Source: Actinomycetota bacterium
GTDB taxonomy: Bacteria; Actinomycetota; UBA4738; HRBIN12
Direction: 5' to 3'
Assembly: GCA_035512775.1 (NCBI GenBank)
Contig: DATKDI010000081.1
Span: 7,495-71,494 of the forward strand
DNA length: 64,000 nt
In this document: positions 1 to 11,200 of the stretch, piece after piece
Numbering within the stretch: position 1 is the first letter of the stretch
Layout of the letters: every line of letters begins with the position of its first letter
Notes under the pieces: generated by a model
The model's input: only the letters and a program-made list of their open reading frames with translations
What the model was told of the DNA's origin: nothing
Database searches by the model: none
Position numbers and translations under genes: made by a program

Positions 1-1110
1 GGCAAGACGAACTGCGACGAGTTCGCGATGGGATCGTCCAACGAGAACTCGGCGTTCGGGCCCGTCCGCAACCCGTGGGACCTGGAGCGGGTCCCCGGCG
101 GCTCCAGCGGCGGCAGCGCCGCCGCCGTCGCCGCCGGGGAGGTCGTCTGGGCGCTCGGCACCGACACGGGTGGCTCGGTGCGCCAGCCGGCGTCCCTCTG
201 CGGTGTGGTGGGGATGAAGCCGACGTACGGGCTGGTATCCCGGTACGGGCTGATCGCGTTCGCATCGTCGCTGGACACGGTGGGGACGCTCACCCGGAGC
301 GTCCGCGATGCGGCGTTGCTGCTCGGTGCGATGGCGGGCAAGGACGACCGCGACGCCACGAGCCTGGACGATGAGGTGCCCGACTACCTCGCCGGTCTCG
401 AGGACGGGGTCGACGGTCTCCGGGTGGGCGTCGTCGCGGAGGCGTTCGGCGAGGGCGTCGAGCCGGGCGTCCGAGACGCCGTGCGCGCCTCGGTCGACCG
501 GCTCACGGCACTGGGCGCCGAGGTGGGGGAGGCGACGCTCCCGCACGCCGACTACACCCTGTCCGCCTACTACCTCATCGCTCCGTCGGAGGCGTCCTCG
601 AACCTCGCGCGCTACGACGGCGTTCGCTACGGCTACCGAGCCGAGGGCGCCGACTCCGTGGAGATGATGTCCCGCACGCGCGGCGAGGGTTTCGGCCCGG
701 AGGTGAAGCGCCGGATCATGCTGGGCACGTACGCGCTGTCGGCCGGGTACTACGAGGCCTACTACGGCCAGGCGCAGAAGGTCCGAACGCTGATCATCCG
801 CGACTACGAGAAGGCCTTCGAGTCGTTCGACGTGCTGGTCTCGCCGACGTCGCCGACCACCGCGTTCCGGATAGGCGAGCGCGCCGACGATCCACTGGCG
901 ATGTACCTGTCGGACGTGTTCACGATCCCGGCGAACCTCGCGGGTGTGCCCGCGATCACGGTGCCGTGCGGGTTGGACGATGCGGGACTGCCGGTGGGCC
1001 TCCAGCTCACCGCACCCGTGCTCGGCGAGCAGGTGCTGTTCCGCGCGGCCAACGCCTTAGAGCGGGACCTCGACCTCGTCCTCCGCCCGCCGGTCCTCGC
1101 CGGCATCTGA
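1..1110 (+). CDS. gatA: Asp-tRNA(Asn)/Glu-tRNA(Gln) amidotransferase subunit A (5'-truncated by window edge)
   Basis: Frame open from base 1 ([13 protein letters not shown]). Amidase signature [31 protein letters not shown]. gatB nearby. Confidence 0.97.
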   Translation, partial: GKTNCDEFAMGSSNENSAFGPVRNPWDLERVPGGSSGGSAAAVAAGEVVWALGTDTGGSVRQPASLCGVVGMKPTYGLVSRYGLIAFASSLDTVGTLTRSVRDAALLLGAMAGKDDRDATSLDDEVPDYLAGLEDGVDGLRVGVVAEAFGEGVEPGVRDAVRASVDRLTALGAEVGEATLPHADYTLSAYYLIAPSEASSNLARYDGVRYGYRAEGADSVEMMSRTRGEGFGPEVKRRIMLGTYALSAGYYEAYYGQAQKVRTLIIRDYEKAFESFDVLVSPTSPTTAFRIGERADDPLAMYLSDVFTIPANLAGVPAITVPCGLDDAGLPVGLQLTAPVLGEQVLFRAANALERDLDLVLRPPVLAGI

Positions 1111-2031
1111 CGCGCGGTCGTCCCGGGCCACGCCTCCTGCCGACACGGTGAGCGCCACGGCCGCCAGGACCACGGCGCCGGCGATCAGGGAGCGGCTCCG
1201 GAGCTGCTCGTCGGCGATCAGGTGTCCGAGGTAGACCGCGAGCATCGGCGTCACCCACGCGTAGGTGGCGACGAGCGACGTCCGCGCGTTGCGGAGCAGC
1301 CACACGTAGGCCGTGAACGCGATCCAGGAACCGAACACGATGAGGTAGCCCAGCGCCAGCACCGACGCGGTCGAGAATCGGTCGGGATCGACCAGCGAGA
1401 GCTCCCCGCGGGCGATGCCCCACGCGAGCGAGATCGCGCCGCCGGCCATCATCACCATCGCGTTGCCGACGAGGGGGCGATGCGGCAATCGTGCGCCACG
1501 GGCGAAGAGCGAGCCGGCGGCCCAGCTCATCGACGCTCCCACCGCGAGCAGCAACCCCGAGATGGGCACGTCGGCGAGGCGCGCGTCGTTGACGAGGAGC
1601 GCGGCGCCAACGAACCCCAGCAGGATGCCCACCGCCACGCGCCCCGGCAGCCGGCGACGTCCGGCGAACCGATCCCAGAGCGCGATCCACAGAGGCACCA
1701 GCGCGAAGATCAGGGCGACCGTGCCCGATGGGACCGTCCGCTCCGCGAGGACCACCGAGCCGTTCCCGAACGCGATCAGGCCGGTGCCGACGAGGATCGC
1801 CGCCAACCACTGCGGCCGGCCGATCGGGTCGGCTTCGGAATCGCGCCGCCGGGTGGAGACGGCGAACAGGACGGCGCCGGCGATCACGAAGCGCGTCCCC
1901 GCCGCGATGAGGGGCGGCAGGGTCTCGTTCGTGACGCGGATGCCCAGGTAGGTCGTCCCCCAGATCACGTAGACGATGCCGAGGGCGACCCAGATCAGCC
2001 ATGTCGGCGCAGGGCGCCGGTGATCGAGCAT
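1057..2031 (-). CDS. EamA/DMT family transporter
   Basis: About 10 TM helices in two repeats (YVIWGTTY...; [14 protein letters not shown]). ATG at 2031 lies 6 nt after a TATCCT -10. 3' end overlaps gatA. Confidence 0.9.
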   Translation of the reverse strand: MLDHRRPAPTWLIWVALGIVYVIWGTTYLGIRVTNETLPPLIAAGTRFVIAGAVLFAVSTRRRDSEADPIGRPQWLAAILVGTGLIAFGNGSVVLAERTVPSGTVALIFALVPLWIALWDRFAGRRRLPGRVAVGILLGFVGAALLVNDARLADVPISGLLLAVGASMSWAAGSLFARGARLPHRPLVGNAMVMMAGGAISLAWGIARGELSLVDPDRFSTASVLALGYLIVFGSWIAFTAYVWLLRNARTSLVATYAWVTPMLAVYLGHLIADEQLRSRSLIAGAVVLAAVALTVSAGGVARDDRASDAGEDRRAEDEVEVPL

Positions 2032-2095
2032 CCGCAAAGGATACGGATGGGTTCCGACCGGCCCGTCGGGAGGGTCCGATAGGCTGGCCCGCGCG

Positions 2096-3547
2096 ATGGG
2101 CGACTGGGAGACCGTGATCGGGCTCGAGTGTCACGTCGAGCTCAGCACGAGGACCAAGATGTTCTGCGGTTGCCGCAACGAGTTCGGTGCCGAGCCCAAC
2201 ACGCTGACCTGCCCGGTCTGCCTCGGGCATCCGGGGTCGCTGCCGGTTCCCAACCGGGAGGCGATCGCGCGGATCGTGAAGATCGGGCTCGCCCTGGGGA
2301 GTGAGATCGCCCCGCGGTCGGTCTTCCACCGGAAGAACTACTTCTATCCGGACATGCCGAAGAACTACCAGATCAGCCAGTACGACCTGCCGGTGTGCGT
2401 CGGCGGCCACCTGGACGTGGAGCTCGCCGACGGGTCGACGACGCGTGTCGGCATCACGCGGGTGCATATGGAGGAGGACACCGGCAAGACCGTGCACGGC
2501 AGCGCGTCGGGTCGGATCCATGAGGCCGAGTACGCGCTGATCGACTACAACCGCGCCGGTGTCCCGTTGGTCGAATGCGTGTCGGAGCCGGACATGCGAT
2601 CGCCCGAGGAAGCGGGCGCCTACCTGCGCGAGCTCCGCGCCCTCCTCGGCTCCCTCGACGTCTCCGACGTGCGGATGGAGGAAGGCTCGCTGCGTTGCGA
2701 TGCGAACGTGTCGGTGCGGCCGCCGGGGACGGAGGCGTTGGGCACGAAGGTCGAGATCAAGAACATGAACTCGGTCCGGTCGCTTGAACGGGCGCTCGTC
2801 TTCGAGGCGGCGCGGCAGGTCGCAGCTCTCGAAGCGGGCGAGCCGCTCGTGCAGGAGACGCGGCACTGGGACGAGGACTCGGGCACCACGAAGACGATGC
2901 GTTCCAAGGAGGAGGCGTTCGACTACCGGTACTTCCCGGAGCCGGACATCCCCGCATTGGAGCCGGACGACGCATGGATCGAGGAGATCCGTGCGTCGCT
3001 GCCGCAGCTCCCGCAGGCACGAAGGACCCGCTACGTGGACGAGTGGGGACTGAAGCCCGAGGTCGCGCGCGTCCTCGTGGCCGACCGTTCGGCGGCGATC
3101 CTGTTCGAAGAGACGGTGGCGCTCGGCGCGGAACCGGCCGCGTCGGCCAACTGGATCACCCAGGATCTGGCCGGCCTGCGCAACGAGGCCGACGCGGCCG
3201 GCGACCCCACCGTAGGCCCGCAGCACATCACCGACCTGGTCGCCCTCGTCGCGGACGGCACGATCGCAGGCGCGGGTGCGAAACGGGCGCTCGAAGAAGC
3301 CTTCCAGACCGGTGATCCCATCGGGGAGATCGTCGAGCGGCGCGGACTCCGGCAGGTGTCGGACGCGGGCGAGCTCGGAGGTGTCGTGGACCGGGTGATC
3401 GTGGAGAACGCGGACGCGGCCGAGAAGTTCCGTGCGGGCAACGAGAGCGTGATCGGGTTCCTCGTGGGGCAGGTCATGAAGACCTCCGGCGGCTCTGCCA
3501 ACCCGAAGCTCGCGCAGGAGCTCCTGCGCGAGCGGCTCTCGGGGTAG
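2096..3547 (+). CDS. gatB: Asp-tRNA(Asn)/Glu-tRNA(Gln) amidotransferase subunit B
   Basis: VIGLECHVEL, RKNYFYPDMPKNYQISQ, EEGSLRCDANVS, DYRYFPEPD and C-terminal YqeY-like domain. Confidence 0.98.
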   Translation: MGDWETVIGLECHVELSTRTKMFCGCRNEFGAEPNTLTCPVCLGHPGSLPVPNREAIARIVKIGLALGSEIAPRSVFHRKNYFYPDMPKNYQISQYDLPVCVGGHLDVELADGSTTRVGITRVHMEEDTGKTVHGSASGRIHEAEYALIDYNRAGVPLVECVSEPDMRSPEEAGAYLRELRALLGSLDVSDVRMEEGSLRCDANVSVRPPGTEALGTKVEIKNMNSVRSLERALVFEAARQVAALEAGEPLVQETRHWDEDSGTTKTMRSKEEAFDYRYFPEPDIPALEPDDAWIEEIRASLPQLPQARRTRYVDEWGLKPEVARVLVADRSAAILFEETVALGAEPAASANWITQDLAGLRNEADAAGDPTVGPQHITDLVALVADGTIAGAGAKRALEEAFQTGDPIGEIVERRGLRQVSDAGELGGVVDRVIVENADAAEKFRAGNESVIGFLVGQVMKTSGGSANPKLAQELLRERLSG

Positions 3548-3552
3548 GACGG

Positions 3553-4830
3553 GTGCGCGTCGACCAGAAGCGCAACCGGATCCCGTTCTGGCAGCTCGCG
3601 CTCTACGCCGTCGCCGCGGCCGCCTCGGGCGCCACCCACCCGATCCGCAAGATGTGGCACTCGGGGAACGCGATCGATCGCTACGCTCTCTGTCATCTCA
3701 CGAGCGCCGCCGGCGACTCGCTCCTCGCGATCTCGCTCGCCGACTCGGTGTTCTTCTCCCTACCGGTCGGCCAGGCACAGTGGCGGGTCGTCGCCTATCT
3801 CGGGCTCACGATGCTCCCGCTCGCCGTCGCGGCCCCGCTCCTGGTGGTGCCGCTCGACCGGGCGGGGCCGCGACGGCTGATCTCCTTCCTGGCGGCCATC
3901 GTCCGTGGAGGGATCGCCTTCTACGTGGCCGGGCGGCTGGACACCGTCGCCCTGTACCCCGCGGCGCTTGCGATCCTCGTGGCCGCGCGCGTCCACGGGA
4001 TCACGAAGAACGGACTGACGATGGCCTACGCGGGATCGGGCGAGGGATTGATGCGTTCCAACGCGAGACTCGGCCGCGTCGCAGTGGTGGGAGCGCTCAC
4101 GGCGGCGCCGCTCGGCGTTGGCGCCGTGAGACTCTGGGGCTCCGGCGGTGCGATGGTGCTGGCCGGGATCGTGTACTCGATCTGCGCCCTGGTCACGCTG
4201 CGCCTGCCGCACCCGAGGGTCCGCACCGACCCCAAGCCGCTCGGCCGGCGCGGACGGATCCCCATCCTCACGGGGCCCGCGCTCGGCGCGACCGGCATGC
4301 GCGCGGCCACGGGCTTCATCCTGTTCCTGTCGGCCTTCGCGATCCGACGCGAGAACTTCCCCTCCACGTGGTTCGCCGCGTTGGTGATCTCGGCCGCGCT
4401 GGGAGGCTTCCTCGCCGACCTCCTCGCCCCCCGGCTGCCCGAGACGCTCCGCGAGGAGTTCATCGTCGCCGGCTGCACGATCACGGCGGGCGTGGGCGCG
4501 TTCTTCGCGTTCCAGGCGTTCTCCCTCCCCGTCCTCGCGATCTTCGGGCTCACCGCGGGCGCGGCGACCGAGCTCGGCCGCCTCGCCTTCCAGAGCCTGA
4601 TGCAGGCCAACGCGCCGGAAGGCGCGCTCGGGCGAGTGTTCGTCCGCTACGAGGTGATGTTCCAACTCGCGTGGGTGGCGGGGGCCGTCGGCCCCGCCGT
4701 GCTCCCGATCGACTTCAAGGCAGGGATGCTGATCATGGCGGGCTTCTACCTCGCCCTCGCGAGCGCGTGGGCCGTCCGGTTCTTCCGCGGGGGACCGGAG
4801 CCCCTCAGAGCCTCACCGCAGGTGCCGTAG
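3553..4830 (+). CDS. MFS-type membrane transporter
   Basis: 425 aa, about 12 hydrophobic segments, DRAGPRR loop motif, QSLMQ...ALGRVF second-half motif. Confidence 0.8.
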   Translation: MRVDQKRNRIPFWQLALYAVAAAASGATHPIRKMWHSGNAIDRYALCHLTSAAGDSLLAISLADSVFFSLPVGQAQWRVVAYLGLTMLPLAVAAPLLVVPLDRAGPRRLISFLAAIVRGGIAFYVAGRLDTVALYPAALAILVAARVHGITKNGLTMAYAGSGEGLMRSNARLGRVAVVGALTAAPLGVGAVRLWGSGGAMVLAGIVYSICALVTLRLPHPRVRTDPKPLGRRGRIPILTGPALGATGMRAATGFILFLSAFAIRRENFPSTWFAALVISAALGGFLADLLAPRLPETLREEFIVAGCTITAGVGAFFAFQAFSLPVLAIFGLTAGAATELGRLAFQSLMQANAPEGALGRVFVRYEVMFQLAWVAGAVGPAVLPIDFKAGMLIMAGFYLALASAWAVRFFRGGPEPLRASPQVP

Positions 4831-4873
4831 GCTGCCGGCGCGCATCACCGGTCACGGAGGAGGATGAGGAGCG

Positions 4874-5185
4874 ATGGCGGAATACGTGTCGGTCGGGGAT
4901 TCCGACGAGGTGCCGGACGGAGAGGCGAAGGCGTTCGACGTGAGCGGCGCCGAGATCGCCGTCGCTCGGGTCGAGGGTCAGCTCTACGCGTTCAGCGACA
5001 TCTGCACACACCGACACTGCAACCTCGCCAACGGCGGCGAGATCGACGGCACCACCATCGAGTGCGAGTGTCACGGGAGCCAGTTCGACATGAAGACGGG
5101 AGAGGTCCTCAACCCACCCGCCACCGAGCCGCTCGAGACCTACGAGGTCCGCGAGGTCGACGGGATCATCCAGGTCGGTGCCTGA
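4874..5185 (+). CDS. Rieske [2Fe-2S] ferredoxin
   Basis: CTH...CECHGSQF Rieske ligands in a 103-aa acidic protein; SD GAGGAG upstream. Confidence 0.93.
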   Translation: MAEYVSVGDSDEVPDGEAKAFDVSGAEIAVARVEGQLYAFSDICTHRHCNLANGGEIDGTTIECECHGSQFDMKTGEVLNPPATEPLETYEVREVDGIIQVGA

Positions 5186-6437
5186 GGAGGGCGACGCCCC
5201 TCGCTCCATCGTCATCGTCGGCGCGAGCCTGGCCGGCGGGACCGCCGCGGGAGTGCTGCGGGATCACGGCTACGAGGGCCGCCTCAGCCTGATCGGCGCG
5301 GAGGAGGAGCCTCCCTACGAGCGTCCTCCGCTCTCCAAGGAGCTCCTGCGCGGAGAGCTCGACTTCGAGGACGCCCTCGTGCGACCCGCCTCCTGGTACG
5401 AGGAGCACGACGTCGACGCTCGCTTCGGCACGATGGCGGTGCAGATCGACGTCCATGCGCGCGAGGTGGTGCTCGCGGGCGGGGAACGACTCCCGTTCGA
5501 TCGACTGCTGGTGAGCACCGGGAGCCGCAACCGGCGGCTGGAGGTGCCGGGAGCCGGTCTGCCGGGCGTGTTCGACCTCCGCTATCACCGCGACGCCGTT
5601 CGGATCCGCGACGCCGCCAAGGAGGGCGCCCGTGTCGTGTGCGTCGGCATGGGATTCATCGGCGCGGAGGTGGCGGCGTCGCTCCGGGCGATCGGGTGCG
5701 ACGTCACGGTCGTCGAGATCTTCGAGACCACCCTGTATCGGATCCTCGGGCCGGAGATCGGCCGCGTGCTCGAAGGGATCCATCGCGATCACGGCGTGAC
5801 GATGCACTTCAGCGACTCGGTGGAACGGTTCGAAGGCGACAGCAGGCTCGAGCGCGTCGTCACCGAGAGCGGCAAGCAGATCGACGCCGACGTCGCGGTG
5901 ATCGGCGTCGGCACCGAGCCGGCCGTGGAGATCATGGCCGGGACAGGCTTGGACCAGGGGGGCGGGATCCGGGTGGGTTCGGGCCTCGAGACGACCGTCC
6001 CGGGCGTCTTCGCCGCCGGCGACGTCGCCCTGCACGACCATCCCGTGTTCGGACCGATCCGTGTCGAGCACTACGACAACGCCGTGAAGATGGGGGAACA
6101 CTCGGCGAACGCGATGCTGGGCTCCGCGAAGGCCTTCGACGACCCGCACTGGTTCTGGTCGGATCAGTACGACTCGAAGATCGAGATGGCCGGGTACGCG
6201 CCGACCTGGGACCGGATGGTGGTCCGGGGATCGCTCGAGGAGCGCTCCTTCTGCGCGTTCCTGTTGGATAGTGGAGGGGTGGTTCGATCGACGGTGTCCC
6301 TTGACTGGAAGCGCGACGTGCGGCGGTCGTTCGGATTGATCAGGTCCCAGGTGGCTCCCGACCCGGAGGCGCTCGTCGACCCGGACGTGGATCTTCGGAA
6401 GCTCGTGCCCCAGCCAGAGAGCGAGAAGGGCGGCTAG
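5178..6437 (+). CDS. FAD/NAD(P)H-dependent ferredoxin reductase
   Basis: GASLAG FAD motif, PYERPPLSK, GMGFIGAEVA NADH motif, FAAGD, FWSDQYD. Overlaps the ferredoxin stop. Confidence 0.93.
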   Translation: MPEEGDAPRSIVIVGASLAGGTAAGVLRDHGYEGRLSLIGAEEEPPYERPPLSKELLRGELDFEDALVRPASWYEEHDVDARFGTMAVQIDVHAREVVLAGGERLPFDRLLVSTGSRNRRLEVPGAGLPGVFDLRYHRDAVRIRDAAKEGARVVCVGMGFIGAEVAASLRAIGCDVTVVEIFETTLYRILGPEIGRVLEGIHRDHGVTMHFSDSVERFEGDSRLERVVTESGKQIDADVAVIGVGTEPAVEIMAGTGLDQGGGIRVGSGLETTVPGVFAAGDVALHDHPVFGPIRVEHYDNAVKMGEHSANAMLGSAKAFDDPHWFWSDQYDSKIEMAGYAPTWDRMVVRGSLEERSFCAFLLDSGGVVRSTVSLDWKRDVRRSFGLIRSQVAPDPEALVDPDVDLRKLVPQPESEKGG

Positions 6438-6644
6438 ATGTTCGGCTCGCCCGTCGTCACGCACCCGGTCTGTGACCTCGATCTGCACCAGCGCATCCGG
6501 GAGGCGAGGCGAGACGCCGTCGCCCGATCCGTCCGAGGGAGGGGACGGCATCGCCGCCTGTTCAGGCGTGGGCGGCTGGTCGACGTGGACGGAGAGGTCT
6601 TCCGCCCCGCCGGCGAGGACGTCGAACATTCATTCCGTTTCTAG
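6438..6644 (+). CDS. Small Arg-rich hypothetical protein
   Basis: 68 aa ORF starting immediately after the reductase stop (TAGATG); no family recognised. Confidence 0.5.
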   Translation: MFGSPVVTHPVCDLDLHQRIREARRDAVARSVRGRGRHRRLFRRGRLVDVDGEVFRPAGEDVEHSFRF

Positions 6645-6678
6645 GCCGTTTCTAGGCCGTTTCTAGGCCGTTTCTAGG
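6635..6678. repeat. Tandem repeat, 4 x 11 bp (CCGTTTCTAGG)
   Basis: Four perfect copies at 6635, 6646, 6657 and 6668. Confidence 0.97.
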
Positions 6679-6702
6679 AAGGTTCGCGCTGGATCGCTTC
6701 GA

Positions 6703-7422
6703 TCAGTCGACGGTGAGATGGGACACCATCTCCTGCGGCGTCCCTTCCCCTTCGACCAAGCCGTCGCGGAAGAGCACCACGCGGTTCGCGTAGCGGAGCG
6801 CCTCGGGGTTGTGCGTCGCCGCGAAGACCGCGCCGCCACGCTGGATCACGTCCCAGAGCGCCTCGAGGATCACGTCGGCGTTCTCGGTGTCGACCTCGGC
6901 GATCGGTTCGTCCGCCATCACGATCTCCGGCTCCGGGATCAGCGCGCGGGCCACTGCCACCCGCTGCTGCTGGCCGGAGGAGAGCTCGTACGTCCGGTTG
7001 TGCATGCGCGTCTCGAGGCCGAGTCGGCGCAACCAGCCCTCGGCTCTCTCGCGAGCCTCGGTGAGATCAACCCCGATCACGCGGAGCGGCAGCTCGACGT
7101 TCTCGACCGCCGACAGCGCCGGCAGCAGCCCGAAGCTCTGGAAGACGACGCCGATCCCCTGTTGGCGGAGGACGCGTCGCTCATCCGACGAGAGCGAACC
7201 CATCGGCCGGCCCTTCCATCGAACCTCCCCTTCATCGGGGAGATCCAGTCCGGCCAGCACACCGAGGAACGTCGTCTTGCCCGAGCCGCTCGGTCCCATC
7301 AACGCCACGAAGTCCCTTGACCGCACCGTGACCGATGCGCCGCGGACCGCCACGACCCCCTGCGCCCCCGGATAGCGCCGGACGATGGCGGTCCCTTCGA
7401 CGAGGACATCGGGCTCAGGCAT
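6703..7422 (-). CDS. ABC transporter ATP-binding protein (LolD/MacB-like)
   Basis: GPSGSGKT, LSSGQQQRVAVARAL, MADEP, ATH. True start MPEPDV at 7422; the longer ORF call is read-through in an overlapping frame. Confidence 0.93.
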   Translation of the reverse strand: MPEPDVLVEGTAIVRRYPGAQGVVAVRGASVTVRSRDFVALMGPSGSGKTTFLGVLAGLDLPDEGEVRWKGRPMGSLSSDERRVLRQQGIGVVFQSFGLLPALSAVENVELPLRVIGVDLTEARERAEGWLRRLGLETRMHNRTYELSSGQQQRVAVARALIPEPEIVMADEPIAEVDTENADVILEALWDVIQRGGAVFAATHNPEALRYANRVVLFRDGLVEGEGTPQEMVSHLTVD

Positions 7423-8284
7423 GGCCGGTCTCGCTCCGGCGCCGCAGGCGCACCTCGTCCGGGGTGACCTCGGCCTCGAGATCGACGCCGCCCAGCGCCG
7501 CCACGGCTTCGTCCGGGAGCCTGACCCGGCCGTCGTCTGAGATGGGGTCGACCGGCACGCCCTCGTGCAGGACGCGCCCGTCGCGCACCCTGATCCGGCG
7601 GTCCGCGCGCCTGGCGGCCACCAGGTCGTGCGTGACCATGATGATCGTGACGTGGAACTCGCGGTTGACCGCGCGGAACGCGTCCAGCACCCGGCCGGCG
7701 GACTCGGAGTCCAGCTCCGCGGTCGGCTCGTCCGCAAGAAGGATGGAGGGCGTGTTCGACAGCGCCGCGGCGATTGCCACGCGCTGCTGCTCGCCGCCGG
7801 AGAGCATGCCGGGCTTGTGCTTGGCACGGTCGGTGAGGCCGACGAGCTCGAGCAGGCCGTCGACGTCGTGTTTCTTGGCGACCTGCGTCCGGCGAACCGT
7901 CGCCGGGAGGCGGATGTTGTCGCGGACCGACAGGTAGGGGACCAGGTTGCGCGCCGTCCCCTGCCAGACGAAGCCGACCCGCTCGGCTCGGTAGTCCGTG
8001 AGGGCTTGATCTCCGAGCAGACCGAGGTCGCGTCCCTCCACCTCCACGACACCGGCCGAAGCATGGTCGAGACCACCCACCAGGTTCAGGATCGTCGATT
8101 TGCCGGCACCGCTCGGACCCACGACCGCCAGGAACTCCGCCGGCATCACGTCGAGGTCGACGCCGGCGAGCGCCACCACGCCGACGTCGCTCACCCGATA
8201 CACCTTGTAGGTGTGGCGGAGACGCACGAGCGCATCGGACCCCTCCGGCCGGAAGCGGTCGGCACTGACGACGTTCTCGATCAC
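7415..8284 (-). CDS. ABC transporter ATP-binding protein (LolD/MacB-like)
   Basis: GPSGAGKS, LSGGEQQRVAIA, LLADEPT, VTHD. GTG start at 8284 overlaps the permease stop. Confidence 0.93.
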   Translation of the reverse strand: MIENVVSADRFRPEGSDALVRLRHTYKVYRVSDVGVVALAGVDLDVMPAEFLAVVGPSGAGKSTILNLVGGLDHASAGVVEVEGRDLGLLGDQALTDYRAERVGFVWQGTARNLVPYLSVRDNIRLPATVRRTQVAKKHDVDGLLELVGLTDRAKHKPGMLSGGEQQRVAIAAALSNTPSILLADEPTAELDSESAGRVLDAFRAVNREFHVTIIMVTHDLVAARRADRRIRVRDGRVLHEGVPVDPISDDGRVRLPDEAVAALGGVDLEAEVTPDEVRLRRRSETGHA

Positions 8285-11200
8285 TCGGCCTCCCCTCGGA
8301 GCACGCCGGTGACGGAGGCGCGCAGGAGAGCGCGCGCGGACAGCGCGAGCGCGATCGTGGTCGCGGCCACGATGGCCGCGAGCGCCACGCCGAGTGAGAC
8401 CCAGTCCATCAGGAACACCGGAGGTGGATACGCGACCGAGAGGCTCGGTCCGACGTAGGGCATCATCAGGCGCAGCAGGAGGTAGCCGAGGCCGAGACCG
8501 GCCGCGACCGCGAAGCCGAGGAGCAGCAACTGTTCGAGGGCGAGCGTCCGGACGATCTGTCCGGACGCGGCGCCCATCGCCCTGAGGGCGGCGAACTCGT
8601 AGTCGCGTCGGCGCTGAGCGAAGTACAGCGCCGCCGCGACCCCCACGACCACGAGGCCCGCGCCACCGGCCGCCGCGACGAAGTTCATCCCGAGGGCGAG
8701 GCTCTGGGGGAGCTGAGCGAGGAACCCCTCGATCGGCGCCGTCCCAGCCACGTCCCCGGGGAAGAAGCCTTTCTGACGGAGCGCCGGCACCGGGCTCTGC
8801 TCGCCCTCGGCCCAGACCTCGTTCAGGACGAGCCCCGGCTCGGGCACCACCGCCGCGCGTTCGAGGAGGGCGGTGCTTGACGTGACGATGAACGGCTGAT
8901 TGGGAAGCATCGACGGGAACTGGATCGCGCTTGCGACCGGATCGAGCTCGATCTCCTGCCCGCCGAGGGTTGCGGGGAAGACGGGTCCCCCGGAGGACGA
9001 GATGCCGGGTGATACGAGGACGGGCAAGGGGTCGGAGGGCGGCACGATCCCGCCGATCACGTCGGAGGCTCCCGAGTCCATCTCGAATCGGACGCCGGGA
9101 CCCGCGGGCTCGATGGAGCCGGCGCTGCCACGCCACGTGAGCGGTTCCCACTCGCTCAACGACAGTGGCCCGCCGTCGGCGGCGATCGACGGGAACTCGA
9201 AGGTCGCCTCGTCCGGGGCGTCCAATGACGTTCGGTGGATCGTGATCGAGAGCAACCGAACCGCGCCCTCGATCGGCACCTCGTAGGAGGCGAATCCCGG
9301 CTCGATCGGCTGAGGCGGGGCGCTGTGGACGACCCCGGCCTCGTCCACGGCCGTCGCGGTGATCTTCAGGTCACGCACCCGCCGACTCGAGTCCATCTCG
9401 AACGTCAGCGCCGAGGACTCGGCCGGGAGTTCCATGCCGAAGGCGGGCGCCTGCAGCCGTCGCAGGATCTCGGGCAACGGCGTCTCGGAGAAGTCCTCGC
9501 GCCACCACCCGGCCGTCGCGTACGAGGCAGGGTCGATACCGAGGGTGACCGGTGGGAGCTGGAACGGTCCGCTCTCGAGTCGCGGCTCGGTGCGAACCAC
9601 CGGTGTCGTCATCGCGGGCATCTCGCGGATAACCGCTAGGACGTCCGCGGGCGGGGTGACGTTCACGCGCCAGTCGGCGCCGACCTGCGCGTGCGCCGCG
9701 TCCTCGTGATTGCGCAGGACGATCGCTCGGTACGACGTTGACACCACGAGGAGTCCCATCGAGAGCAGCAAGAGCAGGGCGGCGGCGAAGCCGGTCCCCG
9801 GCGAACGTCCGATCCGTCTCCCCGCGAGGTACCTCGGCAGTCGTCGCGAGCGGCCGATCCGGGAGTCGAGCGCTCGGAACACCAGGAGCAGGAGCCTGAG
9901 CGCGAGGAACGACCCGCCGAACAGCAGGAGGGTGGGGGCGACGAGGATCAGCGGGTCGATCTCGCCGGATCCGGCCTCGGGCCGCGTCCCGGTCCGAAGC
10001 TGGAGGAACGCGAACAGGCCGAGCGGAAGGACGAACAGCTCCACCGGCACGCGCGCGAGCAGCGGACGGTCCTCCCGGGACGCCGCCCTCCGCTCCTCGA
10101 GCACCGTCCGTGACACGTACGGGACGGAGAGCCCCAGGAGGATCACGCCTCCGACGACGGCGGCGACGAGCCCGAGGAGCTGGCCCGTGGTGTTCAGGCG
10201 GATCGGGAAGGTCACGCCGGGGAGATCGGGTCCGTTCGCGGTGCTCGCGAGCGCCGCGAGACCCATGCCGAGGAGCAACCCGAGAGGGAACGCGACGATC
10301 GCGGCGAACACGGCTTGGATCGCCTGCGCGGCGAGGAGCACACCTCGGCGGAAACCCCGGCTGTGCAGCACGGCGAGCTCGAACGCCTGTCTGGTGAGTG
10401 CGAGCGCACCGACGCCGGCGAGCACGGCCAGCGTGACCGCGCCGATCTGGAAGACCACGAGCAGGATCGGCACGGCGAGGTCGGCGATGCGCTGCCGGAC
10501 GATGTCGAGAAGCGTGCCCAGTCCCGAGATCAGATCCACCGTGCTGAGCCCCGCTTCTGTCTGCAGGCTCGTGAAGATCTGCTGCAGCTGGTCCGGAACC
10601 TCCGAGGCCCGCTCGAACGGCACGCCTGTGAGCGCGAGGTACGCGTCCCATGTGAACTGGGTCGTGAGCTCCAGCTCCCGTGTGACTCGGACCAGCGTCT
10701 CGAGCCCTACGACGGCGGGCTGGGGCTGGGTCGAGTCCGGATCCGGCAAGGGATTCTGCGAGCCGAACCAGAAGGGATCGTCTCGCTCGGCGGTGAGGTA
10801 GGTACCGGCGACGACGAGTGCCAGCCGCTTGCCGGAAGGACCGATGACGTCGAGACGGTCGCCAGGGCGCACGCGCAGGAGCCGGGCCATCGCGGCGTGG
10901 AGGATGATCCCGTCGTCGCCGGGGGGATCGCCGCGGATCTCGAGGTGCTCTTCGATGGTCTCGCGCGCAAGGATGGGCACGGACGGTCCGGCGGGGGTCC
11001 CGAGGCGTACCGTGCCCAACCCCTGCCGGACGATCCGATCCAGGGGAAGCGACTCGGTGCGCGTGGTGATGACCTCGTCCGCAGCGTCCCAGTCGAAGCT
11101 CTGATCGCCGAACACCTGCAGGCGAGCGTGCCGCACGGTGGGGGGAGCGCCGGCGAGCTCCGAGGACAGGATCGCTTCGCGTGCGGCGTCTGCGTAGATC

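Noticed and set aside
1007-3226. Long antisense or alternate-frame ORFs (e.g. 739, 723, 763, 773 and 617 aa)
   Set aside because: They are shadows of real genes on the opposite strand or frame; stop codons are rare at about 70% GC and the translations are Arg/Gly/Pro-rich with no motifs.
6635-6678. CRISPR array
   Set aside because: 11-bp units are directly adjacent with no spacers, and there are no cas genes in the window.
6703-8076. 457-aa fused ABC protein as called in the ORF track
   Set aside because: The N-terminal part is an alternate frame of the upstream ATPase; the real start is 7422.
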